This document shows positions 27,895 to 40,945 of a stretch of 64,000 nucleotides of DNA, in pieces. Origin of the DNA: Roseibacillus sp. (lineage in GTDB: Bacteria > Verrucomicrobiota > Verrucomicrobiia > Verrucomicrobiales > Akkermansiaceae). The stretch lies in the NCBI GenBank assembly GCA_051251855.1, contig JBPOGI010000002.1, forward strand, positions 32,001-96,000. The letters are read 5' to 3'. Each line of letters begins with the position of its first letter. Positions within the stretch are counted from its first letter, which is position 1. Position numbers and translations under genes: made by a program. Under the pieces are notes generated by a model. The model did not search any database and was not told the DNA's origin. It was given only the letters and a program-made list of their open reading frames with translations.

Positions 27895-30800
27895 GAGTGG
27901 ATGTTTCTTTTGGGGGCTGACCTTTTTTAAGAGCTGTAACGGCGAATGTTCTCCCGTTGACTTCGAAGTCTAGTTTGCGTTCAGGGTGAACCGAAGAAAG
28001 CAGTATGACTTCGGCAATAGGATCTTTGTAATTGAGAAGGCGGCCATCCTGGGAACTTAAGTCTCTTATGATTGTAAACGTGAGGAATTCGTCACTATCG
28101 TCAAACTTGACTGAAACAGTATCACCGACCTCAATCAGATTGTGATTCTCATTCTCTTTTTCTGGTTCTTTCTCGGTAGGGTTGGTTTCGAAAAGAGTTC
28201 CTTGATCGACGACGTTGTTGAATGAGCCTTGGTGCAACGTATCATCTGTCGACTGGTTGGAGGTTGGAGCGGGCGAAGTTGTGAGCGTTACTTGTGAGGC
28301 TTGGTCCTCCTTCTCCTCCTCTAGGATTTCTGCAAGCGACTTGTCTTCAATCTCAACCTCGACTTCCACCATTGTTTCATCCTCATCGTCGGGGAATAGT
28401 TCTTCTTCAACAGGAGCGGGGATGTGGCGGAATTCGACAATCCCTTGCGCACTAGCTAGTCCATCGTGGTGCTGCTCGATTCCATGTTCTTTCAGCACCT
28501 GCAGGAGTTCGCTCCTGGAGGAATCCTTGTCGGAGTAGTAGGAGGGGCCCCAGATGCGATGGAAGGACCACCCGGCTCGTTCTAGGGTCCGTTGACGACT
28601 CATATCTTCGGACCATTTGTGCTCGGGGTGGGCGATGTAGCCATCGCATTCAATCGCGAGCCGTCTCCCGCCCGCATCTTCCACCACAAGGTCGATCCTG
28701 AATCCTGCAGCGGCAATTTGCGTGGAGACCATGTATCCCTCCGTAGAGAGGAAGTCGAAAATCTCCTCTTCAAATGGAGACTCACAATCTTCGCGGCCTT
28801 TGCCCGCAAGCTTCAGGCCCGGGTCTGAAAAGTGGCTAATGAGCTTATGCCTCAGGTCCGTCGATTTGAGACCTTCGAGAGGAATACTGCGGCAGAGATA
28901 CATCCTGTCCTTAGCTCGTGATGCGGCAACGTTGAAGCGTTGTGCCAGGGGGACCGAAGTAGCTGCGATCTTGCTGACGTGGTTTACCATCGAGAGAAAG
29001 ACGACATCGAATTCGCTACCTTGGAAGGTGGAAGAGTCGCCACATCGGATACTGTGGCGCAGGATTATTTCTTCAGAAATCTCAGCTTGAATCTTATCCC
29101 AAATGAACCGCGACTGCTCGTTTCCCAGCAGGGTGACAATGCCGATAGAACGGTCTCCGAAATCTTCATCCTCAGTGAGCGTGATGATTTCGTCCAAGAT
29201 GTAATCTGCTTCGGCTTCGTTTGTCTTGCTGCCCTCGGGACGAATTCCGCCTTCAAGGTAGACATCAATCAAAACGGGAGACATCCGCTCGGTGGCCTTA
29301 GGAACGCGTAGGCATTTGATCTCGCCGTCGTAGAAGTGTTTGCTCGAAAAGTTAATGATAGGCTCAGCACAGCGAAAGTGCTCACGGAGGCGAATGCTAG
29401 CGGCTCCGTAGGCAATCGAAGCCAGATCGTAGATGGAGTCTCTGATCGTCATCGAGGAACCGTAGGGGAGGTCCTTTAGGAATCGTTGGTAGAGGGCCAT
29501 GACGGCGTCGGTTCTAGTGCCCACTTGGAGTGGGCTAACCTGTTTGTCGTCTCCCACCACTAATACTTTTTTACCTCTGGCAATGGCAGGAAGCGCCTTT
29601 AGGTCACTTTGCGAGGCCTCATCGATAATGACGAGGTCAAACAAGCCAAAGCCAGCGGGAAGACTCTCGCTGACTCGCCATTGCGGCATGATCCAGCAGC
29701 GGATTGCTTCGTTAGCCTGCGCCAAGGCTTTCTGTGCTTCAGCTCGATGAAAGGGGGCCAGCTTACCGGTTCCTTTTCCAATCCTCTTGATATGAGTGAC
29801 GAACTGGTTGAGCGCGGTGACCAGATTGGGTTTGGCCGCAAAGGTTTCCTTCAGTTTAAGCCAAGTGCGTTTCACTGCTAGGTCCTCATAATCGTTCGCC
29901 AGTTTCTTTTCTTTGGAGAGCCGTGCGGTATTTAATTTGAGCAGCTCCGACTTGGCATCGATGTTCTTCAGGTAAGCCTTGCGCATGGCCCAATGCCAAG
30001 TTTCGGAGATGCGAGGTGGAAGGACGGACTCATCCTCTGTTTCCTCATCATAGACGTGCGAAGTCACAGCGACGGCGAGCTTACGTGCCCCAGCTTCCTT
30101 GAGGCGAAGGGCTAGGGTGCCAATTTCCTGAAGAGATGGGATTTTTGAGTGCAGGAGACTGCATTGATTCAAGAGGCTTCGCCATTCCTCACCAAGATCG
30201 CCCAGCTCTTGTTCGGAAGAGCCAAGCTTAGATTTTAGAAAGTCAAACTGGGCGAGATAGTTGGGGTTGCCATCAAGGAGGTCGAGGAGCTTTTGTCTTT
30301 CAGTAGAAGCCGCGCGACCATCGAACTCGCCAATCACGAGTCCAAGAGACGCGATGATGGAGTCCAAGAAGCTCGGTTTTTTAAGGCTTAGGCTCAACAA
30401 CGAATCTGTTGGCTGATCCAGATCTATCAATTCGCCAACATTCGCCAAGTGTTCGCGAAGCTCTTGCTTGCTGAAGGCCCAAATTCCCTCAACCTGCTTC
30501 ACGATAGGGCGGAAGTTTGAGTAGACCGAGACTCCCGCGTCCGTTGGCAATTTGGGTGTCGAGAGACTATCTGCCAACAAGTTCCACTCTTTCGCCAGCT
30601 GGTTGCCAGCAATGTGTAATTCAATCCAACGCTTCACGTCTTGCCAGTCTTCTGCGCCCGTTGGAGCGTCTCCTCGGACTGTAATCGCTTGCACTGCTTT
30701 GCTGAGCCCCCGGGATGAAAGTCTACCGACAAGGCCGAATGGTTTCTCGCCTTCAGCGGCTTTGGTGATGGGAGGCAGGAGTTCCTCTAGGTCAACGCTC

Positions 30801-33688
30801 TCGCTAGGAAGAGCTACTGGCTTTAGGGCGTAGCTCCTGGCTTCCAAGTCGTTCTCCCGGCAAGCCTTGATACAGCGATCAATAGATTCACGGAAGACGT
30901 GATCCACTCCCTCTAGATTCTCAGGAAGAGCGGCTGCATTGTGGTAGCAACAGGAGACCAGATGCTGCCAACCTCCTTTGAAGGTGAAGGCGAGAGCATC
31001 TCTTTGCTTCTCAAGCTCTGTGCGTGTATTGGAAGCACTCGGCCGTTGGTCAGCCTGGAGATATTGTTTGGCGGGGTATTGGGTGAGTGCATCTAACTCT
31101 TTTCGAGAGACTGAGTAGGAGCAAAGGTTCTTATGCAGATTGGCACACTCTTCCACTGTGGGGAGTTCGCTCGGATCGAGAATGGCATCGGAGTCCACAG
31201 ACACATGCTCTCCTGCCGACTTGCGGGCGGCACGTAGTTGCTCAAAGAACGCGCCATCGATAGTGGTGTCTTCCCAACCGTGTTCGGGATCGAGTTCATC
31301 TTGGAAGAAGGTGTGTTGGTCCGCACTCTCGGCGTCCTCTTCAGCAAGTTGGCGTGGTGAATCACATCCAATGTGTTCTGGGGGAGGGGTGCGGTAGCGA
31401 CTCGCGAGGATGTCGGTTTGCTTTTCGTTGAGAAGAAGCTCCTTGTGGCTCCGCTCGATAACCGCCGCCAATGACTCGACCTCTTTTTCCAGAGTGGTGG
31501 AGTTCAGCTGCAGGATATCGGTCGTGATCCGGTTGACGCTGGACTCCAGCTCCTCTTGCCCTTCGCGGTCACTGTCTAGAAGCAGCCCTGTGAGCATCTG
31601 AATGCCGTCTGGGAGCTGCGATTTGAGGACCTTGAGTGCCGGTGTTTTCTGGGAGGTGACAAGGACTCGTTTTCCGGTGGCGAGGTAGTGACTGATGACG
31701 TTCGCAATGGTGTGGGTCTTTCCGGTTCCGGGAGGCCCTTGTAGGACCACTCCTTCACTGCTTTCTAACTTTCGGATGACCTCGACTTGCTCCTGATTAT
31801 AGGCCTTGGGAAAATAGAGAGAACGGAGTGTGCCCTGGAGGCCGGAATCAGACTCCACGTGAGAGAATCCCCGGAAGGAGTCCTGCGATTCCGGATAGGG
31901 CACCTCTCGTCTGATCGCGATATCGTCCAAGGCGCTGGTGAGGACCCCGTCATTTTCCGCGATGGCCTTCAGCTTCTGCACATCTTGCAGCATGTAGTTG
32001 GCTGAGCGGGTCTGGATCATGACCGCCCAGTCGAGGGTGAAGGTGACAGCCTCGGCTTTGTCCGGCCTGGTCTCGGAGAACGTGGTGCTGCTGTCGATCT
32101 GGCCAGCATCGACCGTCAGAATTTTACGGAGCCGGTCAGTGTCGAATGGGGTCAGGTTTCCTTGCTCTGACTCTGGTGCGAGTTGGGCGCGGATATTCTT
32201 TTCGAACACCGCCGCTCCCTCAGGGAATTCTTCCAGAAAGGCGTGGATGTTGCAGAGAGGAGTTCGGTCGAGGCCTGTAATCTTCAGAGTGAGGCTATCA
32301 GCGCTGCCAACAAATTCGACCGGAATAGCAAGGAGAGGAAAGCGCAGCCGCTCGGGACCAGAGCGATAAGTCATGCCCACCCCCCACACCATTTCCTGTG
32401 GATTGGCTGCCGTTCCGGTTTGGAGCTGCTGACGATAGGAAAAGAGGTCTTGGTAGAGCTTAATGGTCTTGCGCCTTTTCGCTTCCTCTACCGACCAACG
32501 TTCCCAATCGGGAAAGTAACTCTCCCACTCGTGTTGGACCTCAAGGTAGTCCTCCAGTTTGTGCACCACAAAGACGCTTTCTGGAGGAGTGAGCGGCAAT
32601 TCTTTGGCGGGATCATCTTCAGATAGTTCGGCAATCTCCTTCTTCCGCTGCTCAAATTCTTCCCAGAGTAACGCGGTGGCCTCCTCATCCAAGACGCTGA
32701 TTTCCGCTGCCAGTTCCGGAGTCCTGTCAGGATCATCTACCACCATCGTCCAAGCATCCAAGATTTCGGGTAAGGCTGGCGGCTCGATGGGCTTCAGGCG
32801 CTCAATAGACAGCCAGCATGAGGAGTCTGGGTTTTCGTCTCCGAGCAAGATTCCCGGCAGTCCCTCAATGGCCTCGTTAGTTAGGTCGCACCAACGGATG
32901 CGAGAGTCTGCTCGAATGTCGCAGAGAGGAGTCAGGTCCATCTTGTACCACTCTTCGAGAAAGCCGAACATCTTGGAGAGGTTTGGGGCGAGGCCAGGAT
33001 TTTGTTCAGCAGTGGGGGGCATCAGGTCAGTGGAATTTGTGGACTGAGAGGGCTCAGGAGAGACTTCTTTATCGTTTTGGGATGATGAATTGTGCTCTGG
33101 GAGATGCAACGAACCTTTGTCGGTAAGTGTCCACGAATAGTCGGTTTCGTCGATTTTGACGAAACCGCGTGCTTGTAAGTCATAAAGTTCCCGATTGATC
33201 GACTTTTTCTCGTCCTCAAAGAAAGAAGCCATCTCTTTGGCCTTTGTATGTGGGTTCAGGTGGAGAAAGGCAATGATCGCGGTCAGTCGCTCAGCAGTCC
33301 TCTGCTGGTCCGGCGTTGTAGAGGAGCTCTTTTCTGACCTCCATGGGAGGAGGTGCTCGTTCTCTTTGCCGAGCTGAATCCAGTGCGGAGTTGTCTGTCC
33401 AGCTAGAATGGTGGGGAGGTGCTTGCGGAGATTCCAAGCCAAATAGGCCGCCCCCTCTTCCCGAGAGGATACCTCGTCGGGCACTTCAAATCGAATCTCG
33501 GCGAGCGTACGGGAGGTTTGCAGGATTCCCGTAAAGAGAACAGAAGGCTGAAAGTTTCGACCTTGTACTCGAAGGGCTCCCAAGGAGAGGTTCCCAAAGT
33601 CATAGCTCAGTTCAGAGAGATCGTATTCGTCCTGCTCAGTCACCGGCTCGAAGCCAAACTCAGGAAGGAAGGTCCACAAATCACACAT
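27887..33688 (-). CDS. Large SF1 (Upf1/DNA2-like) helicase fused to a Vsr/DUF559-like nuclease, with N-terminal winged helix and C-terminal GreA/B-like domain
   Basis: QGPPGTGKT, IIDEASQ, VGDDKQ, EHFRC, FQGSE, FNVAASRA; nuclease ESPFE, RIDLVV, IECDG, RQRTLERAGW. Confidence 0.85.
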   Translation of the reverse strand: MCDLWTFLPEFGFEPVTEQDEYDLSELSYDFGNLSLGALRVQGRNFQPSVLFTGILQTSRTLAEIRFEVPDEVSSREEGAAYLAWNLRKHLPTILAGQTTPHWIQLGKENEHLLPWRSEKSSSTTPDQQRTAERLTAIIAFLHLNPHTKAKEMASFFEDEKKSINRELYDLQARGFVKIDETDYSWTLTDKGSLHLPEHNSSSQNDKEVSPEPSQSTNSTDLMPPTAEQNPGLAPNLSKMFGFLEEWYKMDLTPLCDIRADSRIRWCDLTNEAIEGLPGILLGDENPDSSCWLSIERLKPIEPPALPEILDAWTMVVDDPDRTPELAAEISVLDEEATALLWEEFEQRKKEIAELSEDDPAKELPLTPPESVFVVHKLEDYLEVQHEWESYFPDWERWSVEEAKRRKTIKLYQDLFSYRQQLQTGTAANPQEMVWGVGMTYRSGPERLRFPLLAIPVEFVGSADSLTLKITGLDRTPLCNIHAFLEEFPEGAAVFEKNIRAQLAPESEQGNLTPFDTDRLRKILTVDAGQIDSSTTFSETRPDKAEAVTFTLDWAVMIQTRSANYMLQDVQKLKAIAENDGVLTSALDDIAIRREVPYPESQDSFRGFSHVESDSGLQGTLRSLYFPKAYNQEQVEVIRKLESSEGVVLQGPPGTGKTHTIANVISHYLATGKRVLVTSQKTPALKVLKSQLPDGIQMLTGLLLDSDREGQEELESSVNRITTDILQLNSTTLEKEVESLAAVIERSHKELLLNEKQTDILASRYRTPPPEHIGCDSPRQLAEEDAESADQHTFFQDELDPEHGWEDTTIDGAFFEQLRAARKSAGEHVSVDSDAILDPSELPTVEECANLHKNLCSYSVSRKELDALTQYPAKQYLQADQRPSASNTRTELEKQRDALAFTFKGGWQHLVSCCYHNAAALPENLEGVDHVFRESIDRCIKACRENDLEARSYALKPVALPSESVDLEELLPPITKAAEGEKPFGLVGRLSSRGLSKAVQAITVRGDAPTGAEDWQDVKRWIELHIAGNQLAKEWNLLADSLSTPKLPTDAGVSVYSNFRPIVKQVEGIWAFSKQELREHLANVGELIDLDQPTDSLLSLSLKKPSFLDSIIASLGLVIGEFDGRAASTERQKLLDLLDGNPNYLAQFDFLKSKLGSSEQELGDLGEEWRSLLNQCSLLHSKIPSLQEIGTLALRLKEAGARKLAVAVTSHVYDEETEDESVLPPRISETWHWAMRKAYLKNIDAKSELLKLNTARLSKEKKLANDYEDLAVKRTWLKLKETFAAKPNLVTALNQFVTHIKRIGKGTGKLAPFHRAEAQKALAQANEAIRCWIMPQWRVSESLPAGFGLFDLVIIDEASQSDLKALPAIARGKKVLVVGDDKQVSPLQVGTRTDAVMALYQRFLKDLPYGSSMTIRDSIYDLASIAYGAASIRLREHFRCAEPIINFSSKHFYDGEIKCLRVPKATERMSPVLIDVYLEGGIRPEGSKTNEAEADYILDEIITLTEDEDFGDRSIGIVTLLGNEQSRFIWDKIQAEISEEIILRHSIRCGDSSTFQGSEFDVVFLSMVNHVSKIAATSVPLAQRFNVAASRAKDRMYLCRSIPLEGLKSTDLRHKLISHFSDPGLKLAGKGREDCESPFEEEIFDFLSTEGYMVSTQIAAAGFRIDLVVEDAGGRRLAIECDGYIAHPEHKWSEDMSRQRTLERAGWSFHRIWGPSYYSDKDSSRSELLQVLKEHGIEQHHDGLASAQGIVEFRHIPAPVEEELFPDDEDETMVEVEVEIEDKSLAEILEEEKEDQASQVTLTTSPAPTSNQSTDDTLHQGSFNNVVDQGTLFETNPTEKEPEKENENHNLIEVGDTVSVKFDDSDEFLTFTIIRDLSSQDGRLLNYKDPIAEVILLSSVHPERKLDFEVNGRTFAVTALKKGQPPKETSTHE

Positions 33689-33690
33689 GG

Positions 33691-34947
33691 TTAGAGAACG
33701 GGATTTGTTTCGGCTTGCTCATGAAGCTGCTCAAGAAGTTTGACGTAAATCATCGCCCGCGAGATTAGTTCTTTGGCAAATTCAGTTCTTTTCTTTAAAT
33801 CAAAAAAATCAGCGATGACGTTGTCGGTCATGACCCAAGGATGTTCTAAGTTGTGGTAGCCTACGGGCCACATTTCGCCGTGCCAAGGAGCTAGCGGATC
33901 GGCCTTGTGGACTTCGTTTTCTTCACTCTCAACGCATAGGAGCTCATCAAGTACAGCCAGAGTAGAAGCCTCTTTTTTGGTTGATTCGCCAATGTTCCAT
34001 TTGGACTCTATCCCGATGACCAGAGCGCTTCTCTTGGCAAAATGAAGAATTACAATTTGATAGCGAGTGGCGGCAAAAGGACCTGAGGCTGGCGATAGTC
34101 TAATTGATCCCAAAGGATCTTTTCCGAACCGATTGTCAATAAAGTTGGCGCGTAGTTTGCCCGGATAGTCAGGTGGAAGTTCTGCAATTAAACTTTCAGC
34201 AAGGAGATCGAGGGCTCTTGCTTTGACTTCCTCAACGCCAGCGTTGAAGTCCGCTCGCATACGAATGAGGTTGGGATTGGCGACGAGGTGATCGGCGATG
34301 TCTTTCATAGCTTGGTGTTCGAGTGTTCGACCGGTAAGGGTCCGGACCAAGTGGCGGTATTGGAGGAGGACTTGGTTTACAGGGATGATTGAGAAGGTTG
34401 CGGATAGACAGCTATCGAGCCAAGGGAGGATATGGTCTCGATAGGAAATACGAAGATAATCAGCTCCCTCGTGGGTGTAAGATTCTTTTCCGTCCAAAGT
34501 GAGATAAATGAGGAGATTGTTTTCTGGATAGTTGTCCTCAAGGTATTTCGCGTAGCGGGCGAGTTGTCTCGGTTGTTCGACTGCATCGATCTTATTTTCA
34601 ATCGCAATGCCCATTTCGGACGATTCGAGGAGGAGATCAATCTGGCCTTGTGCTGTGATAGCTTCTTTGCGGACCTCAAAAGAATCACTCTGAAAGTCTT
34701 TGGGTGCTTCTTTAAGAGAATCGAAGAAGAGGCTGAGAAAGAGTTCTCCGCAATCGTGAGTCCCCAACGGGTTGAGAAGATTATGTATGAAGCGGGTGTG
34801 GAGCCTCACTTCGTCATTCGCCTTTAGGACAGTGGTGAAGACGTTAAAATTAGAATGAGTCGCGCGAGCGCGCTCCTCATTGCGAACTCGCCACTCCTGC
34901 ACCAAGTCAGAGAGTGATGAAAGTTGATTAAAGTCGGCGGTGGTCAT
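33691..34947 (-). CDS. PD-(D/E)XK nuclease (PDDEXK_4-like)
   Basis: FNVF, EVRLHTRFI, LLNP, GQIDLLL, IAIENKI, QLARY, IYLTLDG. Confidence 0.85.
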   Translation of the reverse strand: MTTADFNQLSSLSDLVQEWRVRNEERARATHSNFNVFTTVLKANDEVRLHTRFIHNLLNPLGTHDCGELFLSLFFDSLKEAPKDFQSDSFEVRKEAITAQGQIDLLLESSEMGIAIENKIDAVEQPRQLARYAKYLEDNYPENNLLIYLTLDGKESYTHEGADYLRISYRDHILPWLDSCLSATFSIIPVNQVLLQYRHLVRTLTGRTLEHQAMKDIADHLVANPNLIRMRADFNAGVEEVKARALDLLAESLIAELPPDYPGKLRANFIDNRFGKDPLGSIRLSPASGPFAATRYQIVILHFAKRSALVIGIESKWNIGESTKKEASTLAVLDELLCVESEENEVHKADPLAPWHGEMWPVGYHNLEHPWVMTDNVIADFFDLKKRTEFAKELISRAMIYVKLLEQLHEQAETNPVL

Positions 34948-35009
34948 GATGGGATTGGCTGAGGTCGTAGAGCCTATCGTTTTAAGACGAAGTTTAAGAG
35001 CAAGAGCTG

Positions 35010-35696
35010 TTACAAATGCCCTCCCGGTCGAGGGAGGTCATCCCAATTTCCATCAAAGCAATTTGCCGCTGTGCCTACAAACGCTTCGAAAAATCGTCGC
35101 CGCATATCGGAGTCTTCTTTGAATACTGACATCCAAACGCCAAAAAAACCGTAGCCCTTTGCTACATCCGTGATGGTTTCTCGCATTTCATCAGTGTCGT
35201 TTCTTGTAAGCGCGGCAAATTTTCTGATGGCAAGTTCCCACACTAATTCTCGGTTTGCGAATCGCGCGTCTCGCTCGGCAGGTTGTTTTTCGGGTGGTTG
35301 TCCCGGATGCCGATCTAAACCTACGAGATCGATGAGTTCTACGGCTTTGTCTTTAAGCTCGGAGGATAGGCCATCTGCGGTTCCAATAAGACCGCCTGGT
35401 TGATAGCCGATGGCTCTAAGAGTATTGTCTTTGTCCGGCCAGACAAAGTCGTTGTCGTTTGTGGGTTTTGCTTTCTTTACAGAATTACAACTCTTGCAAG
35501 CCAAGAGGAAGTTGGTCCAATCTTTTTCTCTCTCCTCGTCTAGGCTTTTCGGAGAGACGTGTTCGACAGCAAGCTCGCTTGGGAAATGACGCTCGCAATA
35601 GGAGCAATAACATCCTAGGCGTTCTTCGAGATCTCCAATGGCGTCACCGTAGTGACTGTATTCTCTGGGAGCGCTGCCTCTTTCTACCGGTCTCAT
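35010..35696 (-). CDS. HNH endonuclease (PtuB-like)
   Basis: YCSYCE, VEHVSPK, WTNFLLACKSCN; overlaps the upstream ATPase stop. Confidence 0.85.
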   Translation of the reverse strand: MRPVERGSAPREYSHYGDAIGDLEERLGCYCSYCERHFPSELAVEHVSPKSLDEEREKDWTNFLLACKSCNSVKKAKPTNDNDFVWPDKDNTLRAIGYQPGGLIGTADGLSSELKDKAVELIDLVGLDRHPGQPPEKQPAERDARFANRELVWELAIRKFAALTRNDTDEMRETITDVAKGYGFFGVWMSVFKEDSDMRRRFFEAFVGTAANCFDGNWDDLPRPGGHL

Positions 35697-37168
35697 TGGT
35701 CTTCGTGTTGTAGCTCTTCGGACTTGAGCAATGCATGGAGAGCAGGGTGCGAAGTGAAGGGCTCGGACGCTTCTCGATACGCCAATTTGGCCTCCTTGAT
35801 GCTTTCGTGGTTTTGGGGTTCTTCACGCAGTAGGGAAAAATATCTTGTTGCGGCTTTACTTAGTTCTTCAGCCCGTCTTCCTCGCTGTGGTAAATCGATT
35901 CCTTGAATGTCTTCGACAATGTCTTCGATACTTCTGCTTTCGGCTTCGAAGGAATGAGGTCCAGCCTTGGTTACCTTCATAATTTTTTCGACTGGGACGC
36001 TTTGAATGACGAAGGGGGAATGGGTCGTGGCGATGAACTGGCAGGATGGAAAAAGCTCTTCCAGATAGGGGACGATCATTCGTTGCCATCTCGGGTGAAG
36101 GTGAACGTCGATCTCGTCGATAAGAATGATTGCTGATGATTCTGTGATTGGGGAGGATGGATCAAGAGACAGGTTCCACGCGATGTCAATGAACAGGGAG
36201 AGCAACCGCTGTTCCCCATCCGAGAGTTGACCAATCGGCAAGCTGCCATCGGGTGTGTCGATGACAATCCTTGGCACGAGTTTGACTTCCGCCACATATG
36301 AATCGATGAACGACGGTTCCCTTAGATCTGTAACCTCAAGTGCGACTTGGGCAAGTTGTCTAAAGGGTGTTGATACGATGCCTAGTTTTTCATTGCCCTT
36401 TATAAAACCATCGGCATTTATAGTGATACTCCTTTCTTCAATGCCGTTGAAAACATCGGGATTGAGCTGGAAGATTCTCATCAAGAGTTCCGGCATGTCT
36501 TTGACAAAATGAGCCTCTTCTTTGTCTCCAAGATGTTTTTCATCTACTCTGTTGAGCGAGCAAGAGTAAGCTTCAAACCGCCAATGAAATTTAGTAATTC
36601 GATCAGAAATTCTAGAGAGAGCATCTTCTAGAAAAGCTCGAATTTCAAGGCCACGGACTGAACTCTCGCTAGTAGGGTTGGCAGGCTGACTAACGCGTTG
36701 TGGGCGTTGCTTGGATTCGTGCTCTAGTTGGTAAATTCTTTCCTGAAAATCAATGTTACGGGTCGAGCTTTTATTTTTTGGCGTCCATGGGGGTCTTCCT
36801 CTCAAGTTGTTTACAAGAGCTTCATTCGACCCATAGAAGAGGATCTTTATATCAGATTTGTCTCCTCCACGATAAAGTCGATCACCGAATCGACGCTGGT
36901 ATTGAAAGTCTCGTTTTTGATGATTATCGCCGACCAGAGAAGTTAAAATTTGAAGGCTGTCTTCTCCAAGTCGTATGTCTAAGTTGTTCAACGCATGTCT
37001 TTTTAAAGAGATTTTCCTCGGTGAACCCAAGCACATGAAGATTGAGCGAAGCACGGTAGTTTTTCCAAATCCGTTTTCGCCGACCAAAAGATTGAAGCCT
37101 TTATTAAAACTGTATTTAGCTTCCGCGAACTGTCTCACGTTATTCAATCGAAGTTTTTCAATGTGCAT
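35693..37168 (-). CDS. ABC/AAA_21-type ATPase (PtuA-like)
   Basis: GENGFGKT Walker A, LSDGE signature, LIDEIDVHLHPRWQ, ATTHSP. Confidence 0.88.
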   Translation of the reverse strand: MHIEKLRLNNVRQFAEAKYSFNKGFNLLVGENGFGKTTVLRSIFMCLGSPRKISLKRHALNNLDIRLGEDSLQILTSLVGDNHQKRDFQYQRRFGDRLYRGGDKSDIKILFYGSNEALVNNLRGRPPWTPKNKSSTRNIDFQERIYQLEHESKQRPQRVSQPANPTSESSVRGLEIRAFLEDALSRISDRITKFHWRFEAYSCSLNRVDEKHLGDKEEAHFVKDMPELLMRIFQLNPDVFNGIEERSITINADGFIKGNEKLGIVSTPFRQLAQVALEVTDLREPSFIDSYVAEVKLVPRIVIDTPDGSLPIGQLSDGEQRLLSLFIDIAWNLSLDPSSPITESSAIILIDEIDVHLHPRWQRMIVPYLEELFPSCQFIATTHSPFVIQSVPVEKIMKVTKAGPHSFEAESRSIEDIVEDIQGIDLPQRGRRAEELSKAATRYFSLLREEPQNHESIKEAKLAYREASEPFTSHPALHALLKSEELQHEDQ

Positions 37169-37183
37169 ATTATTGGAGCTGGT

Positions 37184-38514
37184 TTAGATGTTACGGACGT
37201 CGATCTTGCCGGTGACGGCGGCGGAGATGAGGGCGGTCCGGCGTTCTTGAAGGAGGGCGATTTGGGTTTCTGCTTTTGCGTTTGAATCGTCAAACTTTTC
37301 GGTGAATTCATTCAAGTAAGCCAAGATTTCGGGCAGCTCGTCATTGCTAGGAATTGCGATGGGAATATTGCCTAAGTCTTCCATAGAAAGATTTGGCTGC
37401 GCAGCTTGGACAGAATTTAGGCTGATTGAGTTAAGAGCCACATCTGTTCCGAGCCATAAATCCATCCAATGAGAGAAGTGTTTTTTAAAGAGTCGTAGAT
37501 AGCAGACTGCCTGATTTGTGTTGGAAGGTAGTAACTCTCTTTGCAGAACTGCCGATTTTCCAGTGGTGGCTCCTGCTATTACTACAAGAACATCGTTTTC
37601 CTCGAGATTTCCGCGAGAAAGGATCTTATGAGAATTCTGAGAAATGAAAAATTCGGGAGTATTAGAGACACCAGTTGTGGTGATGTTTTCAGCTTTTAAG
37701 AATCTGACTCCTGAGTCAATGAACTCAGCGCCGACCGTCGACGGAGTAGTTCCCTTTGAAATGATTGAGCAAAGGTTCTTTATGCGTTTTACCGACCAAT
37801 GTTCAGGGACTTGGCCGAGCCATTCGATGCCGGAGTCTTTGAGGGGGGCCTGGGGATTGAGGCCTTTGGTGACGGCGTGGCTGATGACGGCTTGGCGTTT
37901 TTCTTTGAGCAGGGCAATCAGCTCTTGCTGCTTCTCGATCAAAAGGTCGATCTTCCCCGTCTCGTGGTCGAGGAATTTGGCGATTTGTATTTGTTCGGGG
38001 AGGGGTGGCTTGGGTGAGTCGAAATTTCCAAGCTCTTCATTAGAGATTTCAAGAAAAGTGCTACCTCGACCGAGAACGTTCAATTTTTCGGAACTCACCA
38101 GCAGGAAGTAGAATAGAAACTTAAAGTCTGTGTTCTTTTCAACAACTAGCGACTTACAGCCTTGGTTTGTGCAAAGGTTGGTTGAAGCGATTCCGAGGGT
38201 TCCGATTGGGGCTCTTGATGAGAGAATTAGAGAACTTTGTGGAACCAGAGATGTCCCACAGGATTCATAACCTTGTTTAGTAATGCTTCGCGCTCCTCTT
38301 GTGATGTAGGGAGTGGAGTCCTTGCCCAAATCAGCAGGTGTTACCCATGGTATGTCACCATCCCAAAACCGAGTAGTATCAGATTTGGGTGTAGAGCCGT
38401 TGTGAAGCAGGCATAGGCGCTTGATCGTTGATGTAATCCAGTGATTAGGAAGCTCCCCCAACCACTCAATCCCCGAATCCTGATACTCTGGATAGGCTTG
38501 ATACCTTCCGGTTT

Positions 38515-38518
<4 letters not shown>
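37184..38518 (-). CDS. hsdS: Type I RM specificity subunit S
   Basis: Two TRDs with repeated [18 protein letters not shown] and [17 protein letters not shown] 38518 overlaps the hsdM stop. Confidence 0.95.
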
Positions 38519-40836
<2,318 letters not shown>

Positions 40837-40945
40837 ACAGAGTGTGTCCCCCTAAGCTGACTAAGTCACCGCAAGGCGGCAATGATGAAGTCCTCGAAGC
40901 TTGTTCATGGGAAGGGAGCCTGCGGACCGGTTGAGGGCCTAGAAT

